DNA from: an uncultured Nitrososphaerales archaeon
GTDB lineage: Archaea; Thermoproteota; Nitrososphaeria; Nitrososphaerales; Nitrososphaeraceae
Assembly: GCA_963713605.1 (NCBI GenBank)
Contig: CAVQMO010000015.1
Location: 64,001 to 128,000 of the forward strand
Reading direction: 5' to 3'
DNA length: 64,000 nucleotides
Shown here: positions 1-10,549 of the stretch, piece after piece
Layout: the number at the start of each line of letters is the position of its first letter
Numbering within the stretch: position 1 is the first letter of the stretch
Program-made: the position numbers and the translations under genes
The notes under the pieces: model-generated
Database searches by the model: none
What the model saw: only the letters and a program-made list of their open reading frames with translations
What the model was told of the DNA's origin: nothing

Positions 1-422
1 CCTACAATGATACCATCTCCACATGCAGTTAAGATTTGCAGTTAGATTTACTACTCCGCTTACCACTTGTCCACATGCTGCGTTTGTTGATGCTGCTTGT
101 TGTGGTTGTGCTTGTTGTGCTTGAGGTTGTTGTGCTTGTTGTTGTGGTTGAGCTTGAGGTTGTGCTTGCTGCGAAGCAGTGTCATCGCCACCAACACTAT
201 CTCCAGCATTAGGACTGATGCCCATGCCTAGTGGTGCTAATTGTGGTTGCTGTGGGAGCGTATTAACAACATTACTGTTACCACTACCAGATTATCATCA
301 TCATCATTGTGTTTCGGTTTTGTTGCATCCGCTGGTGCAGTCAAACTACTTACCGATACTACTAATGCTGCCACGATTATTACTGCTAGTATCGTTTTGT
401 TGTATTTCTTTGATTGATTTAT
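1..422 (-). CDS. 5' part of a secreted protein: signal peptide, Gln/Pro/Ala-rich linker and start of a right-handed beta-helix (NosD-like) domain; frameshifted and running off the window
   Basis: Minus strand gives KKYNKTILAVIIVAALVVSVSSLTAPADA, then in another frame QQAQPQAQPQQQ..., then ACGQVVSGVVNLTANLNC and GDGIIVG. GGAGGT at 432-427 precedes an ATA codon at 422-420. Confidence 0.55.
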
Positions 423-713
423 AGTGACCTCCGATGCTGGCGAACTTGCTTCTACGGTCGGGGCAAGTGGTGGCACTAATTCAGACATATTTTCGTAGAG
501 TTCCAGCAATTTCATGCCTTTCTCTGTAGTTCTATAGGCGTGTTTTCCTTCCTCGTATTCGATAAGTTCGTTGTCTTGCAACATTGTAAGGTATTCTCGG
601 AGCTGAGCAAATGATAGAAATGCTTTGTACATTTTTTTTGTCTTAGTTGCTCCTCCTCCATTTGCGGCCTCTAGGATGAGGCCAACAATTTCAGTTCTAC
701 TTCTGTATTTCAT
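237..713 (-). CDS. Winged helix-turn-helix protein (archaeal 'MKYRSRTEI' type); the ORF reads on into the signal peptide of the next gene
   Basis: MKYRSRTEIVGLILEAANGGGATKTK.MYKAFLSFAQLREYLTML...YRTTEKG, a typical thaumarchaeal wHTH. Confidence 0.8.
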   Translation of the reverse strand: MKYRSRTEIVGLILEAANGGGATKTKKMYKAFLSFAQLREYLTMLQDNELIEYEEGKHAYRTTEKGMKLLELYENMSELVPPLAPTVEASSPASEVTINQSKKYNKTILAVIIVAALVVSVSSLTAPADATKPKHNDDDDNLVVVTVMLLIRSHSNHN

Positions 714-816
714 AATAGAATCAAACAGAAAATGTGAACTAGATATTTATGTGAACCTTCTGTTACTACTATTAGTTCCATTAGTATGTGTTTAATTAAA
801 GTATTCATATATCACA

Positions 817-861
817 TCAAGTATAACTATGTGATCTTAGAAGTATCCATTTTACTAGAAG
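817..861. repeat. 45-bp direct repeat, copy 1 (left boundary of defence islet)
   Basis: TCAAGTATAACTATGTGATCTTAGAAGTATCCATTTTACTAGAAG is identical at 6195-6239; weaker similarity extends over about 760-920 versus 6140-6305. Confidence 0.95.
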
Positions 862-1207
862 GATACATCAATATTCAGAGATTATCTTGATTACATTCAA
901 ATACTGCAATGTTCGTTAACAATTTTACAGTTAATATCGAGGTGTTAGCACAGACATACCCGCCTGAAAACAATGTAATAATAACGTGTTTGATAAGCAG
1001 GATAAATAACCTTCACATAACAATAGTGAAAGCGAAATAGGAACCATTATGAATCAGTTCAAATAGATTCATCTTCGACAAATTAAGGTAACATATATTC
1101 ATGATACTAATGAATATTTATTTGATGAATTCAACACATTCAACGCCAGAAGGCAAGTTTATTTAAACCTTCATCGACCAAACGTTCTAAAAAATAAGAA
1201 TTTAGCG

Positions 1208-1549
1208 TTGTCTGACCAAGGGATTCTGCAGAAAACCCATATTTTATATTTGTGTCCAATACGCTGGACATACATGTCCAATGATAAAGAGTTGGAAGAG
1301 ATCATAATTAGCAAAGGTGAAATGGTGTACAAGGAGCTAGAGGAACGGGAAGGGCATGAAAGTACAGCAAGGGATATACCGGTAGAGTCATATGTATACG
1401 CTTACCTAAAAGCGATTGACAGTGGATATAGATATCTTATCGATACTCACCAAGATGATAAAAGAATGGGGCCAAGACTCGACAGTCTACAGAATAGGTT
1501 TAAGATTGTCATGGAAGATTTATGGTCGTATTACAATAAGAAAAAATAG
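1208..1549 (+). CDS. Hypothetical protein (probable start at ATG 1274)
   Basis: Open frame with protein-like composition, no recognised motif. Confidence 0.55.
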   Translation: MSDQGILQKTHILYLCPIRWTYMSNDKELEEIIISKGEMVYKELEEREGHESTARDIPVESYVYAYLKAIDSGYRYLIDTHQDDKRMGPRLDSLQNRFKIVMEDLWSYYNKKK

Positions 1550-1808
1550 TTTTGCAAGTAACGAGTAACGAAATCATGGCTCAACTATATATGTATAGTT
1601 CACAAACCAGATTACTACGACATGATAATTCTTGATGTAGAATATTAATTGCTATTATAGACCAATAGCTTTTCTAAATTCTATCAATTTAATTATAGTG
1701 ATTGATAGCAAGTTTTACACATCCACGTCTGGTCCAAATCATCTCTGTATGTACAGGCGTAGTGGTAATAATCTAGGTATATTATCACAACATCAATTGG
1801 ATGACAAA

Positions 1809-2036
1809 TTAATAATAACGATATGTGTTGTGAAATCCCTTCATATTGTTATTAAACTCTGGCAAATTCATCAGTCTTTGTTGAGAGGAATATGCATTTG
1901 CGAATAATATTGTCTTACAGAATTCGCATCGAATCATCAACTTGTCTGTTTTTGTCCATTTCACACCAGCTCCATCACGGCAGAGTGGGCAATGGACGTA
2001 ACGAAAATAACCATATTCAGAGAAGCCGTTTCTCAA
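1809..2036 (-). CDS. Small zinc-ribbon protein
   Basis: CPLC-x17-CEFC. Confidence 0.55.
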   Translation of the reverse strand: MRNGFSEYGYFRYVHCPLCRDGAGVKWTKTDKLMIRCEFCKTILFANAYSSQQRLMNLPEFNNNMKGFHNTYRYY

Positions 2037-2052
2037 ACAATATTGCTACCTA

Positions 2053-2090
2053 TATGATTTCATTTAAGTGTTATGATTTCATTTAAGTGT
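2053..2090. repeat. 19-bp perfect tandem duplication
   Basis: TATGATTTCATTTAAGTGT x2, immediately upstream of the zinc-ribbon gene. Confidence 0.9.
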
Positions 2091-2227
2091 TAAGCTGAAA
2101 AGACTACCAGAGTAGAATCTTTAGCCACTATTGTAAATAAATCGCTATATATATAGCGTCAAAGATCGGTATGCCATAGAAGAAAAAAATAATATAGATT
2201 ATGAGAAATTTAAACGGCCCTAATTGG

Positions 2228-2882
2228 TCAAGACATTATGACATAGAAAACCTTAATCAAACTTAGGTCTAAAGGGGTAATTCGGCTCAATGGATCAGTA
2301 TGATTTTCAACTTCCAATTTTTCACAGGTATACATTATCATTTCCTTTAAAAATTCTGCTGAAACCTTAAGTTTTTCCACATTCTCAATCTTTCTCATAA
2401 TACCACTGAACAAGTTTAGAACTACAGTTTTGCTCGCAGGAACGGTAGCTGATCCAATATGGATAAAACATCTACCGATTTCCTTTTCAAAATAAGGTTT
2501 CTTGCTATTCTCGGCCTCAATCTTAATTATTGGATACCTTGTTATCCTCATATAATGTATTTACAGTTACCCTTGGTGCGGGATCCACGTTAACCATAGC
2601 ATTACTTATTTCAATATTAATAGACTCTAGCTCGTCATCCGGAAATCCTTTCTTCTTGAAACCAATGAGGACTCCATGATTCTTGATTTCTTCTATTCCC
2701 AGTACCATCTGGCCAAAGGAGTTATTGGCGAATGCAGAAAGCTGTGGGGATAATTTTTTATAATCACTTTTGAAGTCGAAAGCATCAGTTTCTATATTCC
2801 TTAGTTTAATTAACTGATTTAATACGGCAATATTCCATTCTGATTTGTTTGTTGGGATATTTGTTAGAATATCATTATTCAT
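2228..2882 (-). CDS. Schlafen/AlbA_2-type DNA-binding domain protein, split by a frameshift near 2530
   Basis: ETDAFDFKS...LSAFANNSFGQMVLGIEE; continuation YPIIKIEA...KPYF...CFIHIGSATVPA. Confidence 0.75.
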
Positions 2883-2991
2883 TAGTTAACTGATGGACAA
2901 ATTTGACAAATAAGGGTTATAAGTTTAATATCAGTTGCGCCTTCATCTTTTAAGAAGAGGGTTAATAAATTAGTAGAGGTAGTTCACCATA

Positions 2992-3939
2992 GTGGTACTG
3001 CCCCATAGTGAATTCCTTTCCTATAAACAGGGTATGGATTTACCGCGAAGCAGCTATATTCGCCCTTTTCCGTTTGTTAAATGGGCAGGTGGTAAAACAC
3101 AGTTATTAAGTAAGATTCACCAGTTTATCCCAACAGATTTCAAACGTTACTTTGAACCCTTCCTCGGAGGGGCCGCGTTATTCTTTTACCTGAATTCGAA
3201 TAGAAATCATCAGTTTGAAGCATTTTTAACAGATATAAATACAGAATTAATCAATGCCTATCTAGTTGTTAAGACGGATATTGAGCTTCTGATTCAAGTC
3301 CTCTCCTCTTATCAGAAAGAGTTCAAGAAGACACGTTCGGCTTTTTATTATGGTATACGAAATAACGCTGAAAAGTATGTTACGAATAGGACAGAGCAAG
3401 CCGCAAGGTTCATTTTTCTTAATAAAACATGCTATAATGGACTTTATAGGGTCAATTCTCAAGGCAAATTTAATGTTCCAATAGGACGTTATAACAATCC
3501 TCTTATTTGTGACAGCCAAAATCTGCGGAACGTGAGTTTAGCATTGCAGAGATCAAGAGTGCAGTCAAGGCTTGCGATTATAGAGATGTGCTTGAAAATG
3601 CAGAGCGAGGCGATTTTGTGTATCTTGACCCTCCATACAATCCAACGAAGCAGCACAGCAAATTTCACGAGTTATACTAACTCGGGATTTAAATCTGAAG
3701 ACCAACAAAGACTAGCAGAAATTTTCAGAATACTTACCAATAGGAAATGTAAGGTCCTACTCAGCAATTCAGATACTCCTAAAATTAGAAAATTGTATAG
3801 TGATTCCGACTATACGATAGAGAGAGTCGAGGTCTTAAGAAGTATCAATTCAAATGCCTCAAGACGTGTTGGTCATAGAGAATTGTTGATACGTAACTTT
3901 CAGCTAAGCCGGAGTGTGTTGGAAGCGTACGGCCAATAG
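2992..3939 (+). CDS. Dam-like (D12 class) N6-adenine DNA methyltransferase; the DPPY segment is shifted out of frame by two compensating indels
   Basis: FVKWAGGK, YFEPFLGGAA, FLNKTCYNGLYRVN..G.FNVP; an alternative frame at about 3563-3645 reads CDYRDVLENAERGDFVYLDPPYNP. Confidence 0.9.
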   Translation: MVLPHSEFLSYKQGMDLPRSSYIRPFPFVKWAGGKTQLLSKIHQFIPTDFKRYFEPFLGGAALFFYLNSNRNHQFEAFLTDINTELINAYLVVKTDIELLIQVLSSYQKEFKKTRSAFYYGIRNNAEKYVTNRTEQAARFIFLNKTCYNGLYRVNSQGKFNVPIGRYNNPLICDSQNLRNVSLALQRSRVQSRLAIIEMCLKMQSEAILCILTLHTIQRSSTANFTSYTNSGFKSEDQQRLAEIFRILTNRKCKVLLSNSDTPKIRKLYSDSDYTIERVEVLRSINSNASRRVGHRELLIRNFQLSRSVLEAYGQ

Positions 3940-5220
3940 CAATTTAAACAGAAGTAGAAATATAGAAAAATGGGATGATATCATTGCCCGCCTATCCATA
4001 GATATAAAACAACCTATGACAAGTATTTCACCTTCTCTTATCCGCCAAATATCAGGAATAGACGCACGATTAATGGCCAAGATGGACACTATTGAGAGTT
4101 TGCCAAAAATATTTAGAGATAATAATCTGTTTCTGATACCCCTAAGCGTTAAAGAGTATGCTATTGTAAAAGGGAACGGATATCACAAGCTAGAACCAAT
4201 AGACAAGAAGCCAATAAGCCATTACACGGATAAACCATTCCCCGTTTCTGCAGAAAATAGTAAAGGAGAAGCAGCTTATTTAGACTACTCATATTCTAGC
4301 GGTCTTCTTGAAAGAGTGATGGGTACAACTAAGCTTGATAGGGGGTTTCATGGGAAACGAAGAACTACAACTTTCAAATTCTATATTGATAGTCTTCCAG
4401 TTACAGTTTTTAATGCTCAAATAGAAGTCGATGAAAGTAATGAAACAGAAACGGAAATAATAATATTTGAAGCCAAGAAGGGAATTCCTATGTTATTTAA
4501 TATACGTCAGCTTTATTATCCATACAGGACGTTTATTAATTTCAAATCTACAAGACTTTTTCTCTTTTCTTTTGATAAAAAAGAAAAAGAGTATCTTTTC
4601 TGGGAATATGTGTTCAATCCATATGATAGGTTTGAGGCTATTACTTTAGTGAATGCTAGTAAATACAAGATTAGATTCAAGAGAAAAAGATGTCAATCAA
4701 GCCATATCTCGATGTGAAACCGGTAAACTCGAAGTTAGATATTCCCCAGGCTGACGATATTAACAAGATTTTATTTTTTCCCCTTAAAGTTTCAGAGGGT
4801 TATGACACTTCGGCAAAAATAGGGGAGCTTTTTGGATTTGTAAGAAGAGAAAGTAACTATTACCGTCAAGCATGTGAAATACTTGGTCTGATATGGAGTT
4901 ATAATGGCATATTTTATCTTACAAACAGAGGAGAAGAATATTTGAAACTTTCGGCAGAAGAGAAATCCCGCTTTATAGGTCAATTATTGCTTGATTTTCC
5001 AATAATGAACGAGATATTCTTAAATGTTATCATGAAACATAATAAGTTTATTTCTATTGAAAATATTATTCAACTAATCAAAAAAAGATCGTATCTCAAG
5101 GGAACCACTTTGGGAAGAAGAGTCAGAACAATAGTGAGCTGGTTCAGATGGATAAGGAATAATTTGGGGCTGATAGAGGTGGATAGGGCAGGAAATATTA
5201 GTTCAAGAGTATCTATCTGA
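3914..5220 (+). CDS. Putative type II restriction endonuclease (PD-(D/E)xK core plus C-terminal wHTH; DUF6996/6997/7226-like), frameshift near 4685
   Basis: RLMAKMD...LPKIFRDNNL, QIEVD...IFEAKK, IRQLYYPYR, IPQADD...RESNYY..A..LGL; overlaps the MTase end. Confidence 0.7.
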
Positions 5221-5239
5221 CTTGCGCGTAATATGAAAT

Positions 5240-5558
5240 GTCTATCTTTAAGGCATGATACAAATTACTCAAATAGACTAGGAGTGCACATACAAAGAAT
5301 TTTAGTAAAGAATAATTTGAAGGGTAGATGGGCTAGCCTAACAAGGAAGGGAGCAATCAATTTCAATATGAATTTGATAAAAAGCTTCCTCAAGATGTGA
5401 TTGACTACATTGTACTTCATGAAATATGTCATTTAAAAATCAAAGGTCATTCACATCACTACTGGGATTTAGTTTATCGAAATATGCCTGATTACCAGGA
5501 TAAAATCGGTTGGCTTAATACTAATGGGAGAATGCTAGTTAACTATAATGACACATAG
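5240..5558 (+). pseudogene. C-terminal remnant of a YgjP/DUF45 (M48-like) metallopeptidase
   Basis: KGRWASLTRKGAINFNMNLIK, then a frameshift, then DVIDYIVLHEICHLKIKGHSHHYWDLV...MPDY; absent from the ORF track. Confidence 0.75.
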
Positions 5559-5744
5559 GATAATCATGAATTCTCAAATGATTACATAAGAGGATTAGAG
5601 TGAATTCGAGGATGGCGGGTAGAGAAACATGGAGCAATATAATTACAAGTAATCATCAAAATTCTATCGAACTGTTAATCGTCACATTCACCACATTATC
5701 ATGCCGATTGGGTCATGACTTAAAGAAAAGATGTCGAAATAGTG

Positions 5745-5793
5745 TAAAAGTTGTAAATTCATGAGAGGACATAAAAGTTGTAAATCCATGAGA
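5745..5793. repeat. Two near-identical 22-bp units with a 27-bp period
   Basis: TAAAAGTTGTAAAT(T/C)CATGAGA at 5745 and 5772. Confidence 0.85.
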
Positions 5794-6194
5794 AGTTATT
5801 AAAGCTTACAGAAGCCATAATAATATCTGGGCAGTATGTGTCAGATGGCGCAACAACTTTTTTGGTGTTCTACAGATTCAAGAGTATGAACAGTGAAGAA
5901 GCAAGTAAAGGTCAAATCTGAGTGGAGTGACCTGAGGAATAATTTGCCGTCAGGAATAGAACTGATTGGCGAATACTGATCATGCATGGGGAACTGAGTA
6001 TAATGGGTTTCTGCTGTTTGAGTCAGAATCTAGTGATGCATTTCTTGATTGGTGGTCAAGATTTAAGGACAAAGTTAGATGGTATATAGAACAAGACGCA
6101 TACGATAGCTGCTAAATACGTTAGTTTGTTGAACCATCTATTATTACTATTAGTTATGTTAGTATCTATTAAATTAATGTATCTAGTTATCGCT

Positions 6195-6239
6195 TCAAGT
6201 ATAACTATGTGATCTTAGAAGTATCCATTTTACTAGAAG
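6195..6239. repeat. 45-bp direct repeat, copy 2 (right boundary of defence islet)
   Basis: Identical to 817-861. Confidence 0.95.
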
Positions 6240-6373
6240 AATGAACTCGATATTTGGAGATTTCCTTGATTAAGTTTAGATACTGCAATCCCGTAATGTT
6301 CGTTAAGACGCGAGCGTATAGAGAACCTATCCGTAATTAAGCTTCCTTCTATAAATTTCTATATTCTGTCTGC

Positions 6374-6488
6374 TTTTTGACTTAAAGTGAAGTATTCAGC
6401 TCGGCTACAACTTAAAGGGAAGTTGACTTGTTTTGACTTAAAGGGAAGTTGACTTGTTTTGACTTAAAGGAATATTCAGCTGGCTACT
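6374..6488. repeat. Nested tandem repeat cluster (ACTTAAAG x4; 26-bp unit x2)
   Basis: ACTTAAAGGGAAGTTGACTTGTTTTG x2, flanked by two TTTTGACTTAAAG...TATTCAGCT(C)GGCTAC units. Confidence 0.85.
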
Positions 6489-6820
6489 ACATTTGACGAT
6501 CCGACACTTCAGAATGTAACAATGAGAGCATTGCTTACTGATGGTCAAAAGAATCTGCCATTATCAGATCCAATTGAAAGGCGAGCATTGGCCTAGGAGA
6601 GATCAAACCAAAAGTAATTTCATCTGCGCTGAAGTAGTAGACGAGGGGAATCACAAAACTTTTGACATTATTTAATTTCTCTTATCATGTTGCTCCTAGT
6701 ATTAAAATACAAGAGCTTCCATGTATTTTACGCTCTGTCAATCTAATGATTAGAAATAAGAAGAGAAAAAGATTTGAGTTCTTGTTATACGTCTATTCAG
6801 ACAGAAGTTGAGCTTTTCTA

Positions 6821-7225
6821 TTACTCACTGGCTTCTCCTCCTCCACCACCTTCACTGCCTGTATCATCTGTACTGGTGGTATCTTCATCGCTGGGAGGAC
6901 TATCAGATGAAGTAGGTGCAGGACCCGTTCCAGTAGCTGTTCCCGTATTATATATTGGAGCAAAGCAATCTCTTATTTGTTGTTCGGAAACGGTTCCATC
7001 CACTTCAGGAGCAGAAAGACAGGATTGAAAATCCTGATAATCCTGACTTGCTGAACTAGTGTCTTCGCCTGCTGAACTAGTGTCTTCGCCTGCTGAACTA
7101 GTGTCTTCGCCTGTTTCATCAGACTGAGCTAGTGATGGAAGAACATAATTCATACTTGCTGGTACCATCAGTACTAATACGATTGTTGCTATTACACTTG
7201 TACCTAGAGTTTTTTTCTTATTCAT
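6821..7225 (-). CDS. Secreted acidic Ser/Thr-rich protein with a 21-bp internal repeat
   Basis: Signal peptide; GEDTSSA x3; one Cys pair. Confidence 0.75.
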   Translation of the reverse strand: MNKKKTLGTSVIATIVLVLMVPASMNYVLPSLAQSDETGEDTSSAGEDTSSAGEDTSSASQDYQDFQSCLSAPEVDGTVSEQQIRDCFAPIYNTGTATGTGPAPTSSDSPPSDEDTTSTDDTGSEGGGGGEASE

Positions 7226-7431
7226 TGCTCAATGATTATCCGTAATCTATATAATTGGTGCTGTTCAAAAGCTTGGGAAAGGATATTAGATATTATTGAC
7301 AAGAATCGCCTTTCATGCACACATAAAGGAAATTTTGTTTGAAACTTTTTAATGCCATCATTCTTAATCCCGTCAATTAGAATATTCAAAAAAATATGAA
7401 TTAGGGTTGGCGAAAGAGTAGACTGCAACTG

Positions 7432-7815
7432 CTAGTATTGTTTTGATTGTGTTTGTTGCAGGCTATCTCTGAGTTGTGTAAATGTTTTATTCATCATCAA
7501 ATGTTGCAATATTACTTGCATCGTCCTACAACTACTCCCACCCTCACAGCCATTAGTTTCTTGTTCAATATCTTGGCTTGCATCACTGTTGTCAGAACCG
7601 TCATTAGATGCTTGGTTGTTGCATTGCGTTCCGTCTGCACATTCTTCATTTTTCTGCTCATTAGTCTTTTCCGAGAAACTATCGAACGCACCGAATACAA
7701 ATCCTATGTTTTCAGCTTCATTACTGCATTGTGTTTCATCTTTGCAATCTTTATTATCTTGTCGATTCTCCATATCAAGTCTACTGTTTCCCGTTTGAAC
7801 GTCAGGCTCTAACAT
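7432..7815 (-). CDS. Cys/Asn/Gln-rich repeat protein fragment (probably truncated)
   Basis: Repeated C-x4-C-x-N units (CKDETQCSN, CADGTQCNN, CEGGSSC); no signal peptide. Confidence 0.45.
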   Translation of the reverse strand: MLEPDVQTGNSRLDMENRQDNKDCKDETQCSNEAENIGFVFGAFDSFSEKTNEQKNEECADGTQCNNQASNDGSDNSDASQDIEQETNGCEGGSSCRTMQVILQHLMMNKTFTQLRDSLQQTQSKQY

Positions 7816-7930
7816 ATTTCAGAACTGTCTTCGTCACACCATGAGCGTCTGAAAGATATGATCCCGCTGGGCCTCCCAAGATAATTAGAAAAGGTATACG
7901 AATTTACTAGAACCTTTAAGTCTGGATTTA

Positions 7931-8305
7931 CTAGACTATTCCCCAAGGATTATCAATGATAATGCGCCATGTACCGTCGGACTGTTGACGAAGGACGTCT
8001 GTAGCAGTTCCAGTAAGATTAACAGGATTCCCGTCAGTTCCTGTTCCATTGAATGACCATTCACTGATTGCTAGAGCAAGGTTACTTGTCTGAAATACCC
8101 TCTTTACTTTTGATTCTAACTTGCCTTTCATGTTGACAAAACCTTGTAGATTCTGGTGTATGCCTCGTTGACCTTTGACAATTTGACCTGGTTGAGAAGC
8201 GAAACATGCCTCAGGTTCATATAGCATCATTAAAGATTCTATGTTTCCTGTATTCATATTCTCTACAATGGAATGTAGTGCCTCTTCAGGTGTGTGATTA
8301 GACAT
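7931..8305 (-). CDS. SnoaL/YybH (NTF2-like) family protein
   Basis: LYEPEA...G..GI...DVLRQQSDGTWRIIIDNPWG. Confidence 0.9.
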   Translation of the reverse strand: MSNHTPEEALHSIVENMNTGNIESLMMLYEPEACFASQPGQIVKGQRGIHQNLQGFVNMKGKLESKVKRVFQTSNLALAISEWSFNGTGTDGNPVNLTGTATDVLRQQSDGTWRIIIDNPWGIV

Positions 8306-8412
8306 TTAATGGTCCTAGTTTTAACACGCTTTAAGTTCGTTTCTTTGATTACTTATCATAATTTAAGATGGTAATTCAAGATGGTATGCATGAATAAGTT
8401 TTAGCTATCGAA

Positions 8413-8970
8413 TCACTTCATCATCATACCACTTGTTGAATTTGATATTTGTCCACGGATTTCTCCATCTGGATATTGAGTTGTATGAACATTTACATAT
8501 AATCCCATAGAATGCATAGAACTTAGGAGCTCAGAAAGTTGTTTGCCAGCAAGTGGTCCTTGAAGATTATCAGCAGTTATATCCCCTTCAGAGAGGAGGC
8601 CAGAAACCATTTTCGGTGTGGGAATATCAGGTTTAAACAATGTTATTACAATAGGTCCGTTTTGGCCTTGTTTACCACTGTGAATGTGAGCTGCTGTGAC
8701 ATTATCTATATCTGTTACATTCAAAGTATAAGTTACTGTATTCTCATTTAATATTGGTCTAAATTCAGCTAATCCAGTAGCATTCGTTTCTATTGGGGGT
8801 ATTTCCATATTGCCGAAGAGCTTGGCAGTAAATTGCTGTTCAGTTACTCCTGCAGTAGCAAACACAGGAGTTAAGAAATTGGTTATAGCACCAGTTTCTA
8901 CTATCATTATTATCTGTATAATTAGAGCTATTGGTATCACAGTAGAACATCCAAAAATCATATTTACCAT
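8413..8970 (-). CDS. CHRD-domain secreted protein
   Basis: TAAHIHSGKQGQNGPIV; LYVNVHTTQYPDGEIRGQI. Confidence 0.92.
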   Translation of the reverse strand: MVNMIFGCSTVIPIALIIQIIMIVETGAITNFLTPVFATAGVTEQQFTAKLFGNMEIPPIETNATGLAEFRPILNENTVTYTLNVTDIDNVTAAHIHSGKQGQNGPIVITLFKPDIPTPKMVSGLLSEGDITADNLQGPLAGKQLSELLSSMHSMGLYVNVHTTQYPDGEIRGQISNSTSGMMMK

Positions 8971-9259
8971 CGTGTATGGAATAAGTAAGACAATTCAATA
9001 TTTAAAGGAATTTCACTTAAGCAATATCAATACATTACCGCAATACGATCCATGCTTCGATGTCGTTTCAGCACGGCAGATCTGAGTGGAGGTGATGATG
9101 CCGAGAAATTGTTTGAAGCAAGGATTAAAATGGGTGATTCTGAATTTGAGATATTTCCGAACTACTACAGAACTGAAAGGAATACTTTCAGATTATTTAG
9201 GCTAATTAACGTAGATGCATGTTTCATAGTGGGTCGAATAAATTGAACCTTTAAAATGT

Positions 9260-9496
9260 TTGTTGTGCTCGTATATACTGATGACGAGAAGTTTCAACGA
9301 TTGGTGGAATGCTATCCCGTCTGACTTAAAAGAGAAAACTCATGAAGGCGGTGAAGGAAATAAACAATCACTTAACCAACTTAATCATACTCTGTTGCAT
9401 CTAGATTTGGCTGGCAGACACGATGCAAAACCATCTCACGAAGAACTCAAAGATTGGCTGCGTAGCGGTCAGGTAAATGTAGTCAGGGTGAAGTAA
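9260..9496 (+). CDS. Small hypothetical protein (probable start ATG 9281)
   Basis: FNDWWNAIPSDLK...KPSHEELKDWLRSGQV; protein-like. Confidence 0.55.
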   Translation: MLCSYILMTRSFNDWWNAIPSDLKEKTHEGGEGNKQSLNQLNHTLLHLDLAGRHDAKPSHEELKDWLRSGQVNVVRVK

Positions 9497-9512
9497 ATTA
9501 CAACAATAGTAA

Positions 9513-10325
9513 TTACAGAAACACTGTACGCAGGTTCTCATTGAGGGAGTTGAGCAGCTTCATATCTTCTTCTTCAAGCTGAAAGTCAAATACTTGACTA
9601 TTCTCTCTGATTCGATTCTCTTGTTTAGATTTTGGAATTACAACTAGACCATGTTGTAAACTCCATCTAATTAGGATCTGTGCTGGGTTTTTATCATATT
9701 TTTTTGCCAGACCTTTTAGAGCAGGATGATTAAGCCTTTGACCTCTAGTCAATGGACTATATGCCTCTAGCTGAATGTTGCTATTTTTGCAGAATTCTAA
9801 CAACTTCTCTTGGTACAGAAACGGATGAAATTCAACCTGATTTACCGACGGTATAACATCAAAGTTTTGGAATATTTCTTGCAAGTGGGAAATCTCATAA
9901 TTGCTTACTCCAATAGCTCTAGTTTTGCCTTCCCTTAACAATTGAATCATAGCCTTCCAAGTTTCTTTGCTCTGGCCTTCAACTGGCCAGTGGATCAAGT
10001 ATAAGTCAACGTAAGTTAGTCCTAAACGCCTTAAACTTTTTTCACATGCTTTAAGAGTAGAATGATAACCTTGATCACTATTCCACACCTTTGTAGAAAT
10101 AAAGACCTCTTCTCTGTCTATCCCACTTTCTATGACAGCTTTGCCGACATCCCTTTCATTGTCGTATAGCCAAGCGGTATCTATATGTCTATAACCAATA
10201 TTCAGTGCATATCTTACTGCACGCAATGTAGGTTCTCCAGAAGGTGTTTGATAAACTCCTAAGCCTAGACGCGGAATCTCTACTCCAGTATTCAAGGTAA
10301 TACTGGATTGCAAAGTCAATTGCAT
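9513..10325 (-). CDS. Aldo/keto reductase
   Basis: GYRHIDTA.LY.NE, STKVWNSDQG, DLYLIHWP, AIGVSNY, IPKS. Confidence 0.95.
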   Translation of the reverse strand: MQLTLQSSITLNTGVEIPRLGLGVYQTPSGEPTLRAVRYALNIGYRHIDTAWLYDNERDVGKAVIESGIDREEVFISTKVWNSDQGYHSTLKACEKSLRRLGLTYVDLYLIHWPVEGQSKETWKAMIQLLREGKTRAIGVSNYEISHLQEIFQNFDVIPSVNQVEFHPFLYQEKLLEFCKNSNIQLEAYSPLTRGQRLNHPALKGLAKKYDKNPAQILIRWSLQHGLVVIPKSKQENRIRENSQVFDFQLEEEDMKLLNSLNENLRTVFL

Positions 10326-10549
10326 AATGAAATATCGTATTAAGGAATCTACATAACTCTACCGGTCATATAACTATGCTATAGTAAAGTAGAAGACTCT
10401 CTAATGATTACCTTTGTTCCGTCTTTAATCTGGTTCAAAATATCGTCCTTATTAGAAGAATCTACAATCTCAACTTAATGTACAGAAAAAATAAAAAAGG
10501 AAGAAGTCAGTTTCAAGTACGGTCAAAGAATTCTATGTGTTATTAATGC

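Noticed and set aside
6374..6488. Possible CRISPR array
   Set aside because: The units are tandem with no unique spacers, and there are no cas genes.
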